Shown: positions 46,804 through 57,100, numbered from the whole stretch's first letter. The stretch is DNA of 63,046 bases, filler included, from 5 parts of 5 records of this genome joined end to end with filler, not necessarily neighbours in it, one strand, 5' to 3'. The notes: generated from the letters alone by a model not told the origin. Numbers and translations are program-made.

Positions 46804-47949
46804 ATGATAAAGTTTTTGAAGTCGTTAACACTTGTTTATGTATTGATAGTAGCCATTTTCAGTTGTTCAAGAGAATCAACTGAAAATGGCTACTATTCTT
46901 CTGGGATCTTCCCCACCAAAACCTCTCGTATAGCCATCGAAATTGATGACCAGACCAGAGACTTAAGTTTTAACGTAAGACATCTTGAGATAGACCAGGG
47001 CATAGGGGCAATATTCCACTTTAATGAAATTAATAATACAATTGGAGTCTATGATGTAGAGAAGGGTATGAAGATTAGAACCCTCTATTATGAAATTAAC
47101 GGGCCAAATGGTTTGGGCGAAATAAATGGCTTTGACGTAGTAAGCAAAGACACATTACTACTTTTGGCTGGGTATGAAAACCGTGTTTCAATTGCCATAG
47201 CCACAGATAACTCTGACACACTAAAGTTGATACGCAGCTACAGATTGAGAGCACCAAATGACCCTCTTATAACCACCCCCTATAGCTCTGTGCAAGCACC
47301 CATTGTTATTCGAAATGATTCGATAATCATGGCGGGCGTTCCGTATATCAGGCCAGAGAGGGACAACATGTATGATGCTGGAAATAATGTAATAAAAATC
47401 AGCTTGAAGGATTCCTCTTATGTGTATGAAAACATGTATAGCCAAGCATATAAAGAAAAGTGGACGCAACATTATTCCAGAATATCATACACTTACAACA
47501 AAGAGCAAGGCCTACTTGCATTCAGTAACCCAATCTCCGACTCGATCTACACTTTTGACCACAAAGGTGTTCGAAAAGACTATATGGTTAAATCTGCACT
47601 TTCTGAAAAAGTGCAGCCTTATCGTGGAAGTTTTCAAGATAATCGAAGAATGCGAGACCATTATAATAACCAGCCCAATTATGGCTACATCATGTATGAC
47701 AAGTATAGAGACTACTATTACAGATTTACAGAAAATGTAGCTACAAAGGAACTGATAAAATACGGGTCAACTGGAATAATAAGAAACATTGGAGTTATTG
47801 TTATGAACAAAGATTTTGAAATTATAGGCGAAACTGAATCGCTTACCCTAGGTTCTTTTCCGACCATTTTTATTGGAAAGCGTGGCCTTTATTTTATGCT
47901 AGTATCCAATGAAGAATCAAAAATGTTATACGATCTCTATGAGTTTTAG
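46804..47949 (+). CDS. DUF4221-like beta-propeller lipoprotein
   Basis: IFSC lipobox, GPNGLG, YDKYRDYYYRF, IVMNKDFEIIGE. Confidence 0.75.
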   Translation: MIKFLKSLTLVYVLIVAIFSCSRESTENGYYSSGIFPTKTSRIAIEIDDQTRDLSFNVRHLEIDQGIGAIFHFNEINNTIGVYDVEKGMKIRTLYYEINGPNGLGEINGFDVVSKDTLLLLAGYENRVSIAIATDNSDTLKLIRSYRLRAPNDPLITTPYSSVQAPIVIRNDSIIMAGVPYIRPERDNMYDAGNNVIKISLKDSSYVYENMYSQAYKEKWTQHYSRISYTYNKEQGLLAFSNPISDSIYTFDHKGVRKDYMVKSALSEKVQPYRGSFQDNRRMRDHYNNQPNYGYIMYDKYRDYYYRFTENVATKELIKYGSTGIIRNIGVIVMNKDFEIIGETESLTLGSFPTIFIGKRGLYFMLVSNEESKMLYDLYEF

Positions 47950-48403
47950 AAATAAGCTCACCTTTATATTTCTGACTGTTACACTTTTAGGTTGTAATAC
48001 ATTAACCAAACAGGCGAATGTAACTAGCCTCTTTTCACCTGAGAGTGCTCCAAAAAATGGGTTAGTAATTCCAATTAGTGGGTGCTCAGGCTGCGTTGAG
48101 GCAATGTTGTCTTTTGCCAAAAAAAACAAAAACAACGTTAACCTTTTTTTAATACTACTTGGAGATGACATTAAACAAAGCAATTATATCTTAAGCCGGG
48201 AATTCCAGAGTCATTCAAACTTCATATCTAAGCCTTTAGATAGTGTGGGCCAATTAACTTTGGATTCTCAATTTCCAAAGTATTATGTGGTACAGTCAGG
48301 GAAAATTATTGAAGAATCACAAATCAATGCCAGCAACCTATTATCAGAGAAACTCAAGCTTCAAGAAATGCTTGAAAATTTACTTTTACCCAATGAACCA
48401 TAA
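47939..48403 (+). CDS. Hypothetical lipoprotein with CSGC (thioredoxin-like) motif
   Basis: LLGC lipobox, VIPISGCSGC; overlaps the upstream gene. Confidence 0.65.
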   Translation: MSFRNKLTFIFLTVTLLGCNTLTKQANVTSLFSPESAPKNGLVIPISGCSGCVEAMLSFAKKNKNNVNLFLILLGDDIKQSNYILSREFQSHSNFISKPLDSVGQLTLDSQFPKYYVVQSGKIIEESQINASNLLSEKLKLQEMLENLLLPNEP

Positions 48404-48419
48404 AACCACTAGAATAAAC

Positions 48420-48452
48420 AAAAAAAGCCTCACATTACTGTGAAGCTTTTTT
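48420..48452. terminator. Bidirectional terminator
   Basis: AAAAAAAGCCTCACA-TTAC-TGTGAAGCTTTTTT. Confidence 0.75.
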
Positions 48453-48456
48453 GCTT

Positions 48457-48530
48457 TGGTGGAGAATACCGCCCCGAAGCCTCGGGGCGAACCGATGACC
48501 TTCCCGAAGCAAGTTCGGGACGCTCTAGCC
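48457..48530 (-). pseudogene. Remodelled tRNA-Ala-like sequence with two CCCGA..TCGGG hairpins, 5' truncated
   Basis: Minus strand GGCTAGAGCG-[TCCCGAACTTGCTTCGGGA]-AGGTCATCGGTTCG-[CCCCGAGGCTTCGGGG]-CGGTATTCTCCACCA. Confidence 0.7.
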
Positions 48531-48630
48531 NNNNNNNNNNNNNNNNNNNNNNNNNNNNNNNNNNNNNNNNNNNNTTAATTAATTAANNNNNNNNNNNNNN
48601 NNNNNNNNNNNNNNNNNNNNNNNNNNNNNN
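48531..48630. other. Artificial contig linker
   Basis: N44-TTAATTAATTAA-N44. Confidence 0.98.
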
Positions 48631-48708
48631 GAGGGCGGCAAGGCCGTGCTGACCAGCATCGACGATGACAGGGCCTTCGATCCGACGGAGGTCTACGGCG
48701 GAAAATAG
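48631..48708 (+). CDS. 3' end of a gene, possibly phosphoribosyl-AMP cyclohydrolase HisI
   Basis: EGGKAVLTSIDDDRAFDPTEVYGGK*; FDP..VY resembles rhizobial HisI C-termini; only 25 codons visible. Confidence 0.4.
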   Translation, partial: EGGKAVLTSIDDDRAFDPTEVYGGK

Positions 48709-48744
48709 CGGACGGAGACCCCTCCCGCGCCTTCCGCGCCCCGT

Positions 48745-49179
48745 TCAGCCGGCGATATAGGACTTGATGTGCTCGGCTTCCTGCTCGACCTCGCGGATGC
48801 GGGATTTGACGACGTCGCCGATCGAGATGATCCCGGCGAGACGGCCGTCGACCTCGACGGGCACGTGGCGGAAATGGCGCTTGGTCATCACCTGCATCAA
48901 TTCGTTGACGCTGACGCCCTCGTCGCAGCGATAGACGTTTTCGGTCATCGCCTCCGAGACCGGATGGGACAGGCACCCTGCGCCGTGCTTGCCGATCGAG
49001 CCGACCAGGTCGCGTTCGGTGAAAATGCCGGCAATGCTGTCATTCTTGCCGACGATCACCACGGCCCCGATCCGGTTTTGATGCAGGATCATCGCGATTT
49101 CCGAAATCGACGCATCGGCCTTCGCGGTTACGACCGCGCGCCCTTTCTCGGCAAGTATCATTCTCACGGTAATGGACAT
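48745..49179 (-). CDS. CBS-domain protein
   Basis: IGAVVI..GIFTERD, RHVPV..GIISIGDVVK; GAGGAGG SD. Confidence 0.92.
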   Translation of the reverse strand: MSITVRMILAEKGRAVVTAKADASISEIAMILHQNRIGAVVIVGKNDSIAGIFTERDLVGSIGKHGAGCLSHPVSEAMTENVYRCDEGVSVNELMQVMTKRHFRHVPVEVDGRLAGIISIGDVVKSRIREVEQEAEHIKSYIAG

Positions 49180-49285
49180 CGAAACCTCCTCGTTCACGGT
49201 GCCGGCGCGGGTCCGCCTCCGGTCGGTCACGCAAAATCGAATGGTGCATGAGGTTTTGGACGATTGCAAGAAAACCGTGATCGGC

Positions 49286-50017
49286 TCAGAAAAACAGGGT
49301 CCGGGGCACCTTGACGTCGAACAGCGGGAAAGCGAGGAAACCGAAGAGAAAACCGCCGATATGGGCCTGCCAGGCGATTTCTCCGGCGCTGACCCCGATA
49401 AAGCTGACGCCGACGGCGATCAACAGATTGCCGACCAGCCAGACGAGCACGAAGGCGCGGGCGGTGCGATCGCGAAACACATCGACAATCGCAAGTCGCG
49501 GCCCGAGATGGGCCTGGGGCAGAAACCGGCCGCCGGCGAACACGAAGCGGCAGGCCGCCCCCATATAGGCCGACACCACGCCGGAAGCGCCGATCAGCAC
49601 CGTGACCGCGCCCCAGTCCGTGGCCGCAAAGAAAAACGCCGAGGCAGCGGCGCTCGTGACCCACAGGACCACAAACCGCACGGCGCCGATGCGCCGGGCG
49701 ACCGGCGCGCCGAAGATCGCGAGCCAGATGCTGTTGAACACGATATGGGTCCAGCCGCCATGAAGCAGCGAATAGGTGAGCGGCGACCAGAGCCATGCCC
49801 AGCCCTGACCCGCAAGGCCATGGGCATAACGCACTGGCAGGAACCCGAATTCCTGCCAGATCATCACATTGGTGCGATAGCCGAGCAGAAATTCCTGCAC
49901 CAGGAAGACCGCGAACAGCACGGCCAGCGCGCCGATCACCACCGGCGGCAGGTTGATGGCCGGTTCCCGACGCCGGCCGTGTTCCGGCCAGCCGTCGCCC
50001 GTACGCGGTGTTTCCAT
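49286..50017 (-). CDS. Rhomboid intramembrane serine protease
   Basis: LHGGWTHIVFN, IGASG, AWQAHIGGF. Confidence 0.92.
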   Translation of the reverse strand: METPRTGDGWPEHGRRREPAINLPPVVIGALAVLFAVFLVQEFLLGYRTNVMIWQEFGFLPVRYAHGLAGQGWAWLWSPLTYSLLHGGWTHIVFNSIWLAIFGAPVARRIGAVRFVVLWVTSAAASAFFFAATDWGAVTVLIGASGVVSAYMGAACRFVFAGGRFLPQAHLGPRLAIVDVFRDRTARAFVLVWLVGNLLIAVGVSFIGVSAGEIAWQAHIGGFLFGFLAFPLFDVKVPRTLFF

Positions 50018-50139
50018 GATCGCACTCCTGTTTGCGGTGTGATATCCGATCGACCGGGACTTGGAAAGCGGCGGCGGGCCGGTGCCCGCGCTTTACATAT
50101 GCGCATATCTTGAAATAAACCTGCCGGAACGGAGCGGGC

Positions 50140-50155
50140 TTAATGTGATATTAAC
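50140..50155 (+). promoter_or_regulatory. CtrA-binding box TTAA-N7-TTAAC
   Basis: TTAATGTGATATTAAC upstream of the DD-carboxypeptidase gene. Confidence 0.7.
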
Positions 50156-50268
50156 CCCGATTTGCGCACACTACACAACAGCCTAGCAATGTGCTTTCCG
50201 GACCGGTATCATCCGGTCACGGAACCGCCAGCAAACATCAACAGCCAGATTTCGCAAGAGTTTTTCGC

Positions 50269-51723
50269 ATGCAGAGACAGGCAACAAGCCGATTCCCCAA
50301 GAGCCGGTTTTCAGCGGCCGCGATCCTTCTCGCGGCCTTCACGATTCTGCTGACCGGGCTTGCCCCCGCACGCGCCGATACCAACGATGCCGCGATCGTC
50401 ATCGACGTCAATACCGGCAAGGTGCTTTACGGTGAGAGCCCCGATGCACCGCGCTATCCGGCCTCGCTGACCAAGATGATGACGCTCTATCTCACCTTCG
50501 AGGCATTGGACGACGGCCGCATTACGCTCAACAGCAAGGTGCCGTTCTCCAAGAATGCAGCCGCTGAGCCGCCGACCAAGCTCGGCATTCCCGCCGGTGG
50601 GTCGGTTACCGTCGAGACCGCGATCTATTCGCTGGTGACCCGGTCGGCGAATGACGTTGCGACCGCGCTCGGCGAATTCCTCGGCGGCTCGGAAACCAAT
50701 TTCACCACGATGATGACCAACAAGGCGCATTCGCTGGGCATGACCAACACGACCTACCGCAATGCCCACGGTCTGCCGAACAGCGCCCAGAAGACCACGG
50801 CGCGCGACCAGGCTCGCCTCGGCATCGCATTGCGTCAGCATTTTCCGCAGTATTACAAATATTTCGGCACCCGCAGCTTCAAATACGGCAAGACGACGAT
50901 CGGCAACCACAACCATCTTCTCGGCCAGATCAAGGGCGTCGACGGCATCAAGACCGGTTACACCAACGCTTCCGGCTTCAACATCGCGACCTCCGCCATT
51001 TCCGGCAACCGCTCGATCGTTGCCGTGGTCATGGGCGGCTCCACGGCCGCCAACCGCGACAAGTGGGCGACCCGGTTGATCACCACCTACCTGCCCAAGG
51101 CCTCCAACGGCCGCAAGCAGTTCGTGATCGCCCGTTCGAAGAGCAGCGGCGGCCCGATTATCGCAGCCGCCATGGTGTTCCCGAAGACCGGCCCAATCCC
51201 CTATCCGCGGCCGGCAGGCCAGACCGGCGGCGTCGCGCTCGCCTACGCCAATGACAATGTCGCCCCCGTAGCCCTTTCCGGCCCGCAGGCCGAACTGATC
51301 GCCAATGTACCGGTTCCGAGCGCACGCATGGAGCCCGGCACCGAAGACGGCCTGAGCGTCGAGGATATTCTCGAAACCGCCGACGGCGTCGCCGACGCGG
51401 TGGGAAACGCGATCGTCCCCGCCGCTGAGGCTTCCGAGCCCGACACGTCGATCAAGACCAGTTCGATCCGCTCGTCGCGCGGCTGGGTGGTTCAGGTCGG
51501 CACCGCCGCCACCCCCGAAGCCGCCAGGGCGTTGCTCGACGATACCAAGGGCAAGGCCGGCGGCGCGCTCGACCGTTCCGAGCCCTTCGCGCTCGCCTAC
51601 AATACCGGCGGCCAGCCCGTCTATCGCGCCCGCTTCGGCGGCTTCTCCGATCAGGAAGAAGCCGTGCGCGCCTGCCGCACGCTGAAGCAGAATGGCGTAA
51701 GCTGCTGGGCAAGCCTACAGTAG
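50269..51723 (+). CDS. D-alanyl-D-alanine carboxypeptidase (S11) with C-terminal SPOR domain
   Basis: PASLTK (SxxK), SAN (SxN), KTG; VVQVG...YRARFGGF..C..LK...SC. Confidence 0.92.
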   Translation: MQRQATSRFPKSRFSAAAILLAAFTILLTGLAPARADTNDAAIVIDVNTGKVLYGESPDAPRYPASLTKMMTLYLTFEALDDGRITLNSKVPFSKNAAAEPPTKLGIPAGGSVTVETAIYSLVTRSANDVATALGEFLGGSETNFTTMMTNKAHSLGMTNTTYRNAHGLPNSAQKTTARDQARLGIALRQHFPQYYKYFGTRSFKYGKTTIGNHNHLLGQIKGVDGIKTGYTNASGFNIATSAISGNRSIVAVVMGGSTAANRDKWATRLITTYLPKASNGRKQFVIARSKSSGGPIIAAAMVFPKTGPIPYPRPAGQTGGVALAYANDNVAPVALSGPQAELIANVPVPSARMEPGTEDGLSVEDILETADGVADAVGNAIVPAAEASEPDTSIKTSSIRSSRGWVVQVGTAATPEAARALLDDTKGKAGGALDRSEPFALAYNTGGQPVYRARFGGFSDQEEAVRACRTLKQNGVSCWASLQ

Positions 51724-51971
51724 AAGCTCTATGAATTGACGGCTCATATCGCTGTCAACGACAATAAAGCGCCGGCCCCGATAACGGGTCGGCGTTTGTC
51801 GTAAAGGCTTTCGAAAGGTTTCCGCCTTATTCTCAAGAGTAAGGTTTTGGAAAGCAAGAACAGCGAAAGTTCGAAGAGCCGCACCTCGCCTCCACGCGTT
51901 CCAGGCCCGCCAGTAAATCCTTGAGTGTCTTGCGTATGAGGATACACGTGACCAGGAAACAGCGTTTCAAA

Positions 51972-52214
51972 ATGATGTCAGGCCAATCATCCCTCTCCAT
52001 CGATCCTCGTAGCGGCTTCAACCCGCTGCAGGAAGCCGCCCAGAAGCTCGCCGACTATGCCCGGTTCCAGGGGCGCTACAAGGCCCGCGACCTCGTCGGC
52101 CTGCTGTCCAGCCAGAGCGAGCGCGCGACCCGCGCGATCGAACCCGCCGTGAAAATCCATATCTATATCGCGGACGCCGCCGGCCGTGCGCCGGTCAATC
52201 TCAAGCTGCGATAA
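51972..52214 (+). CDS. Small hypothetical protein
   Basis: GC3-rich codons, followed by a terminator; start uncertain. Confidence 0.55.
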   Translation: MMSGQSSLSIDPRSGFNPLQEAAQKLADYARFQGRYKARDLVGLLSSQSERATRAIEPAVKIHIYIADAAGRAPVNLKLR

Positions 52215-52223
52215 GCGAAATAC

Positions 52224-52253
52224 AAAAAAAGGCCACGCAAAGCGCGGCCTTTT
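52224..52253 (+). terminator. Terminator hairpin
   Basis: AAAAAAAGGCCACGC-AAA-GCGCGGCCTTTT. Confidence 0.65.
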
Positions 52254-52273
52254 CTCATGACGTGCGAAAACGG

Positions 52274-52299
52274 AAAAGGCGGCCCGAGGGCCGCCTTTC
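52274..52299 (-). terminator. Terminator after the OmpA gene
   Basis: AAAAGGCGGCCC-GA-GGGCCGCCTTT. Confidence 0.75.
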
Positions 52300-52303
52300 G
52301 CCG

Positions 52304-52954
52304 TTACATCTTGACGGCGGAGATCTGAACCTCGACGCGGCGGTTCTGGGCACGGCCTTCCGGCGTCGCATTGGAGGCGATCGGGTTGGAAGGACCGAAA
52401 CCGACGGCGGAAATCCGGTTGCCGCCAACGCCGCTCTGGATCAGGTAGTTCGCAACGCTGTTGGCGCGTTCCTGAGAGAGCCGCTGGTTGTATTCGAGCG
52501 CGCCGGTGGAATCGGTATAACCGTTCACGTTGACCGCGGTCTTGTCATATTTGCGCAGCACCGTCGTAACGGCGTTCAGCGTCGAATAGAAATTCGGCAG
52601 GATCGTGTACTGATCGGTCGGGAAGGTGACGTTGCCCGGCATGACCAGCGTCAGCATGTCGCCATTGCGGACCACGGAAACGCCGGTGCCCGCGAGCGCC
52701 TGACGGAATTCCCGTTCCTGGCTGTCCATGTAGGCGCCGATGCCGCCGCCGGCAAGCGCGCCGATGGCGCCGCCGATCGCAGCCCCCTTGGCGTCGCCGC
52801 CCACGGCAAGACCCGCCAGCGCGCCGAGCGCGCCGCCGGCAAGAGCGCCGGTACCGGTGTTGTTGTTGACGGTCTGGCCCGAATACGGATCGGTGGTCGT
52901 GCAGCCGGCGAGAAAGGCAAGGCCCGCCGCCGCAATGGTGATTTTCTTCAGCAT
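52304..52954 (-). CDS. OmpA-family (YiaD-like) lipoprotein with glycine zipper
   Basis: LAGC lipobox, Gly-zipper, GYTDSTG..YN.RLS..RA, NRRVE. Confidence 0.92.
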   Translation of the reverse strand: MLKKITIAAAGLAFLAGCTTTDPYSGQTVNNNTGTGALAGGALGALAGLAVGGDAKGAAIGGAIGALAGGGIGAYMDSQEREFRQALAGTGVSVVRNGDMLTLVMPGNVTFPTDQYTILPNFYSTLNAVTTVLRKYDKTAVNVNGYTDSTGALEYNQRLSQERANSVANYLIQSGVGGNRISAVGFGPSNPIASNATPEGRAQNRRVEVQISAVKM

Positions 52955-53087
52955 GGTGTCCCTCAACATTGAAAGCTTCGCCAACCTTGAAGCCGTTCAT
53001 TTGCGGCAATCATATGGCGTTCGTGTGCGGCTCGATGGGGTGAAACCCGAAAACAGCCGCACACATCGTAAAGTTAACGCGCTGGCC

Positions 53088-53480
53088 TCAATTGGCCATA
53101 GGCGCTGCGGCAACCGGCGCCGCGCCCGCGGCAGCCGGAGGCGCGATCCGGATTTCGACCCGGCGGTTCTTGGCGCGGCCATCGGCGGTATCGTTGCTTG
53201 CGACCGGGTCGGCCTTGCCGTAGCCCACCGGCAGAACGCGCTGCGGGCTGACGCCGCGCTGGATAATGGCGCCGGCGACCGCGTTGGCGCGCTGCTGCGA
53301 CAGTTTCAGGTTATAGGCATCCGAGCCGGTGGAATCGGTATAGCCGTTCACGTCGATATCTGTGGCGCTGTACTTGCGCAGCAGCGCGGCGATGGTGTCG
53401 AGTGCCGGAACGAATTCGGGAACGATATCGTATTTGTCGGTCTCGAAGGTGATCGAGGACGGGAAGACCAGAGCAATGTA
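53088..53480 (-). CDS. Second OmpA-family protein, C-terminal part
   Basis: VFPSSITFETD..VNGYTDSTGSDAYNLKLSQQRA..NRRVEI; truncated by the linker. Confidence 0.88.
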   Translation of the reverse strand, partial: YIALVFPSSITFETDKYDIVPEFVPALDTIAALLRKYSATDIDVNGYTDSTGSDAYNLKLSQQRANAVAGAIIQRGVSPQRVLPVGYGKADPVASNDTADGRAKNRRVEIRIAPPAAAGAAPVAAAPMAN

Positions 53481-53481
53481 T

Positions 53482-53581
53482 NNNNNNNNNNNNNNNNNNN
53501 NNNNNNNNNNNNNNNNNNNNNNNNNTTAATTAATTAANNNNNNNNNNNNNNNNNNNNNNNNNNNNNNNNNNNNNNNNNNNN
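53482..53581. other. Artificial contig linker
   Basis: N44-TTAATTAATTAA-N44. Confidence 0.98.
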
Positions 53582-54104
53582 TGGTATCATCACCCGTGGA
53601 CAGGTAAAGCAAACCATCAGGGCCAAACTCAACAGATCCCCCCGTGTGACAACATTGCTCCCGCTGAACGGGCACCTTCAAAACGATTTTTTCATTTTTC
53701 AAGCCCGAACTCGAATAATTGAATCGTGAGAGATGCTGAACGGGTGTTTCTCCAATCGGGGAATAGTAGAGATAAATCCACTGATTGTTATCAAAATCCG
53801 GATCCAGGGCCATGCCCATCAGACCATGCTCAAAGGTGTCGAAAACAGGTATGGAATCGTAGCGATCGTATGCACCATTCTCGGGATCAAAACGCATAAT
53901 TGCTCCTCGTCGCTGGCAAAAAAGTATTTCACCACCAGGAAGAACAACCAATTCTGTCGGTTCGAAGAGGTTAGTAACAAAAACTTCCTTGCTAAACCTA
54001 TTTGATTCGGGAATTGCTTCGATTTCCTCTTCCCCATGTCTATTTAATTCCGCACAAGACAGCCCAATGAACATGAGCAGGGAAACGACAATTGCATTCT
54101 TCAT
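53582..54104 (-). CDS. Glucose/sorbosone (PQQ-type) dehydrogenase-family lipoprotein, N-terminal part
   Basis: GLSC lipobox, EHGLMGMALDPDF, CCHTGG, LYLSTGD. Confidence 0.85.
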
Positions 54105-57100
54105 TTATAATTCTCTGATTTTAATATTTCTATACCACACTTTATCCCCATGATCTTGCAAAGAGATATGCCCCTCTACTGCCTTGCCAAAAGCTGGCAT
54201 ATCTGCAAACTTACTTGCCTCGATCATGGCATCCCACTCGGGAGTGCCCTTCGTGTATTCCACTACTTTGTATCCATTCAACCAATGTTCCACCTTATTG
54301 TCTTTGGTCTTGATTCTGGTTCTGTTCCATTCCCCCACGGGATTCACAGTTACAAATTTGGTTTCAATCAAGTCATACAAGTCGCCTGCACGATGTTTGT
54401 AAATCTGACCATCGGGGTGTTTCACATTGTCGAGCACCTGATATTCGGTACCGGTATGCCATACGTATGGGTATTTTTCATCTTCCACCACATTGTAAAT
54501 AATTCCGCTATTTCCACCTTCAGAAATTTTCCAGTCGATTGCAAACTCATAGTTTTTGTAAGGTTTGTCTGTGATAATGATATCTCCACCCTCTTCCGCC
54601 TGCCAGCCATCATCTCCAGCTTTCTTACCAATAAAATGTAAACTTTCATTTTGCACCTGCCATCTTTTACCCAAAGATTGAGAATTGTAATTTCGAATTC
54701 CTGTGGTCGTTTTCCCATCGAATAAGAGCCTCCAACCTTCTTTTTTCTCACCTTCTGTTAGCGCATTACTGGTCACCGAGTACCCATTGGTAAACCCTGG
54801 TTTATTTTCTGGGATATTGGTCAGCGTATACCATGCTTCTGTCGTCCAAAGCTCATGATCCAATTCACTCATAAATGGTCGGACAATTCTAAAATGAACC
54901 ACGTGTTTTTCTTTCAGGCCTTGCAACTCAAAAAAGACCTTTTTGCGGTCGTCGGAGAGGTAGAAATTCTTTGGTTTCAATTCCTTCAGGCCAAGTTTTG
55001 GTCCTCCGTATTCTGCAGTAGGAAGAAAATAGAATTGCTCTATCAGAAAGTCTTCGGCGCTGATATTTTGTCCTTCTTTGATACCCTCAGTAAATTCCAC
55101 TTCAAAGCCATCAGAACAAACGCTTACCTTTAACATTTCAAAAACAGAACGCTCATTATAAACCAAGCGTTGAAGTCCATAATTGAGTTTCCCTGTTTGG
55201 CCCCAATTACCCGACACCCCTATACCTCCGAGCAACAAAGATCCATCAGGTGCCCAAGCCATTCGGTTAACTCCCGCCTCTATTCCCTGAGAAAAACGGA
55301 ATACTACTCCTTGATAGTTGTCGTTTATCTTCTCTACAAAAATACGTTTCACTCCTCCATGAGTCACTTCGCAATGGATCATCTGTCCTTCATACGGGCC
55401 TTTGTCCAGATAAAGTGGTGTGCTTGGTGAATTACCAATATCATCCTGCGGCAACCAAACCAAAGGCTCATCCTGAATCCAATCTTTGGTACCCTCTGGA
55501 TCCACTGAGCGAGAACCAAACCAGGCACCTTCCCGAACGTGATTAATTTTGGAAGCAGGCAGCCAGTCACCCTGATTGTCCGCTACGAAAATCTCATCAT
55601 CCACTCCAATACCAATACCATTCGGCGTTCGCAAACCCGAGGCAAGGAATTGAACCTCACCTGTTTCTTTGGAAATTTTAATGACCTTGCCCCTGTCTTT
55701 TGGCTGTGGCTGAGCTGATGCTCCACCAGGGAGAATATCGGTAGCCAATGCACCATAGAAATAGCCTTCTTTGTAAACCAGTCCAAAAGAAAATTCGTGG
55801 AAATTGGCTGAAACTGTCCAGTTATCTGAAACCGTTTCATATTCATCAATGATTCGATCCCCATCGTGATCAATCAGCCTGGTTAGCTCTTGTTTTTGCA
55901 ACACATAGATATCTCCATCTACCACTTTGATACCGAGTGGCTCAGCAAGACCAGAAGCTATTCTTTGAACGGTGATGTCTTCAGGATTCGGCGAACGGTA
56001 ATTTTTTACCAAATAAACAGGACCCAATGAATCCCATGTACAAACCACCATTTCGTCTTCCGACAAAAAATCGATCCCACCTACTCGTGGCTGAAAACCG
56101 TCAGGACGAGCCTGAAGTAAGTCGAAGGACGGATGAACACCCGCCAACCATCGTCCATCCCCAGGAATGGCTTTTAGTAGTTTATCCTCATCTATAAATG
56201 CTTTTGTTTCCAAATAATCATTTGATGAGACGGAAAGCATCGATTCGGGCACCAATTCAAATTTCCCCAATTCTTTATTGAACCACTGCAGGGAGATGGC
56301 ACCTCCACCTCCACCCTGGAAATACTCCAATTCAAACGGGTGATCACCTGATTTCAGATAAACCTCTGAGTCTTTTGCCTTTGTCCCGTGCAGTCCCCAA
56401 TGGTCATTTACGAGTTTGTTATCGATATACAATCGGGAACCATCGTCGGATACGAGTCTGAAACTATAACTGCCCGTTTTTGCAATACTCAGGCTTCCTT
56501 TAAACAGAATCGCAATATCCTCTTGTCGGCTTCCAAAATCTTTTGAACCCCTGACATGAATCTGAGGAACCACCGTTGCTTTAATTGGTGCTGATTCGAG
56601 TTTTAATGTCTTGAAATTTGGTTGATCACCGCTATACAAGAATAAATACGCTGCTACCCCTTGTTTGGAGTTATTGATCTCTATTTCGTCCTGAAATTTA
56701 ATGGGAATCGTCTTCGCGCCCAGGTGCCAGGATTTTTTGTCCTCACCCGTATCATTGTCATCCAGGGAAAGAATATAACGAATCATTTCATTGGCATCTG
56801 CTTCCGCTAAACCTGAATGAGGTGTCATTAATGCTTCTCCCCAAATGCCAGTACCCCCTTTGATTACTTTATTTGAAAGCATTTTCACAGATTCCTCACT
56901 ATCGTTGTAGCGACGCGCAATGGAGATATATGCAGGACCAACCGTTTTCACGGTTTCATTGTGACAGGATTTACAATCACTGCGCTCAATGAGTTGGGCT
57001 CCCTTCGCTAGCTCTTCGCTGGCTTCAATCTGCTGTCCACTTCTGGCTTCCATTTTATCAAAGCCTCGGTGATAATAAATGCGCAGGTATGTGCTTTCTG

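Noticed and set aside
33554-50017. Recurrence of rhomboid genes (and of DUF1080 at 29122 and 54105) as a linked system
   Set aside because: The copies are on different contigs from different organisms
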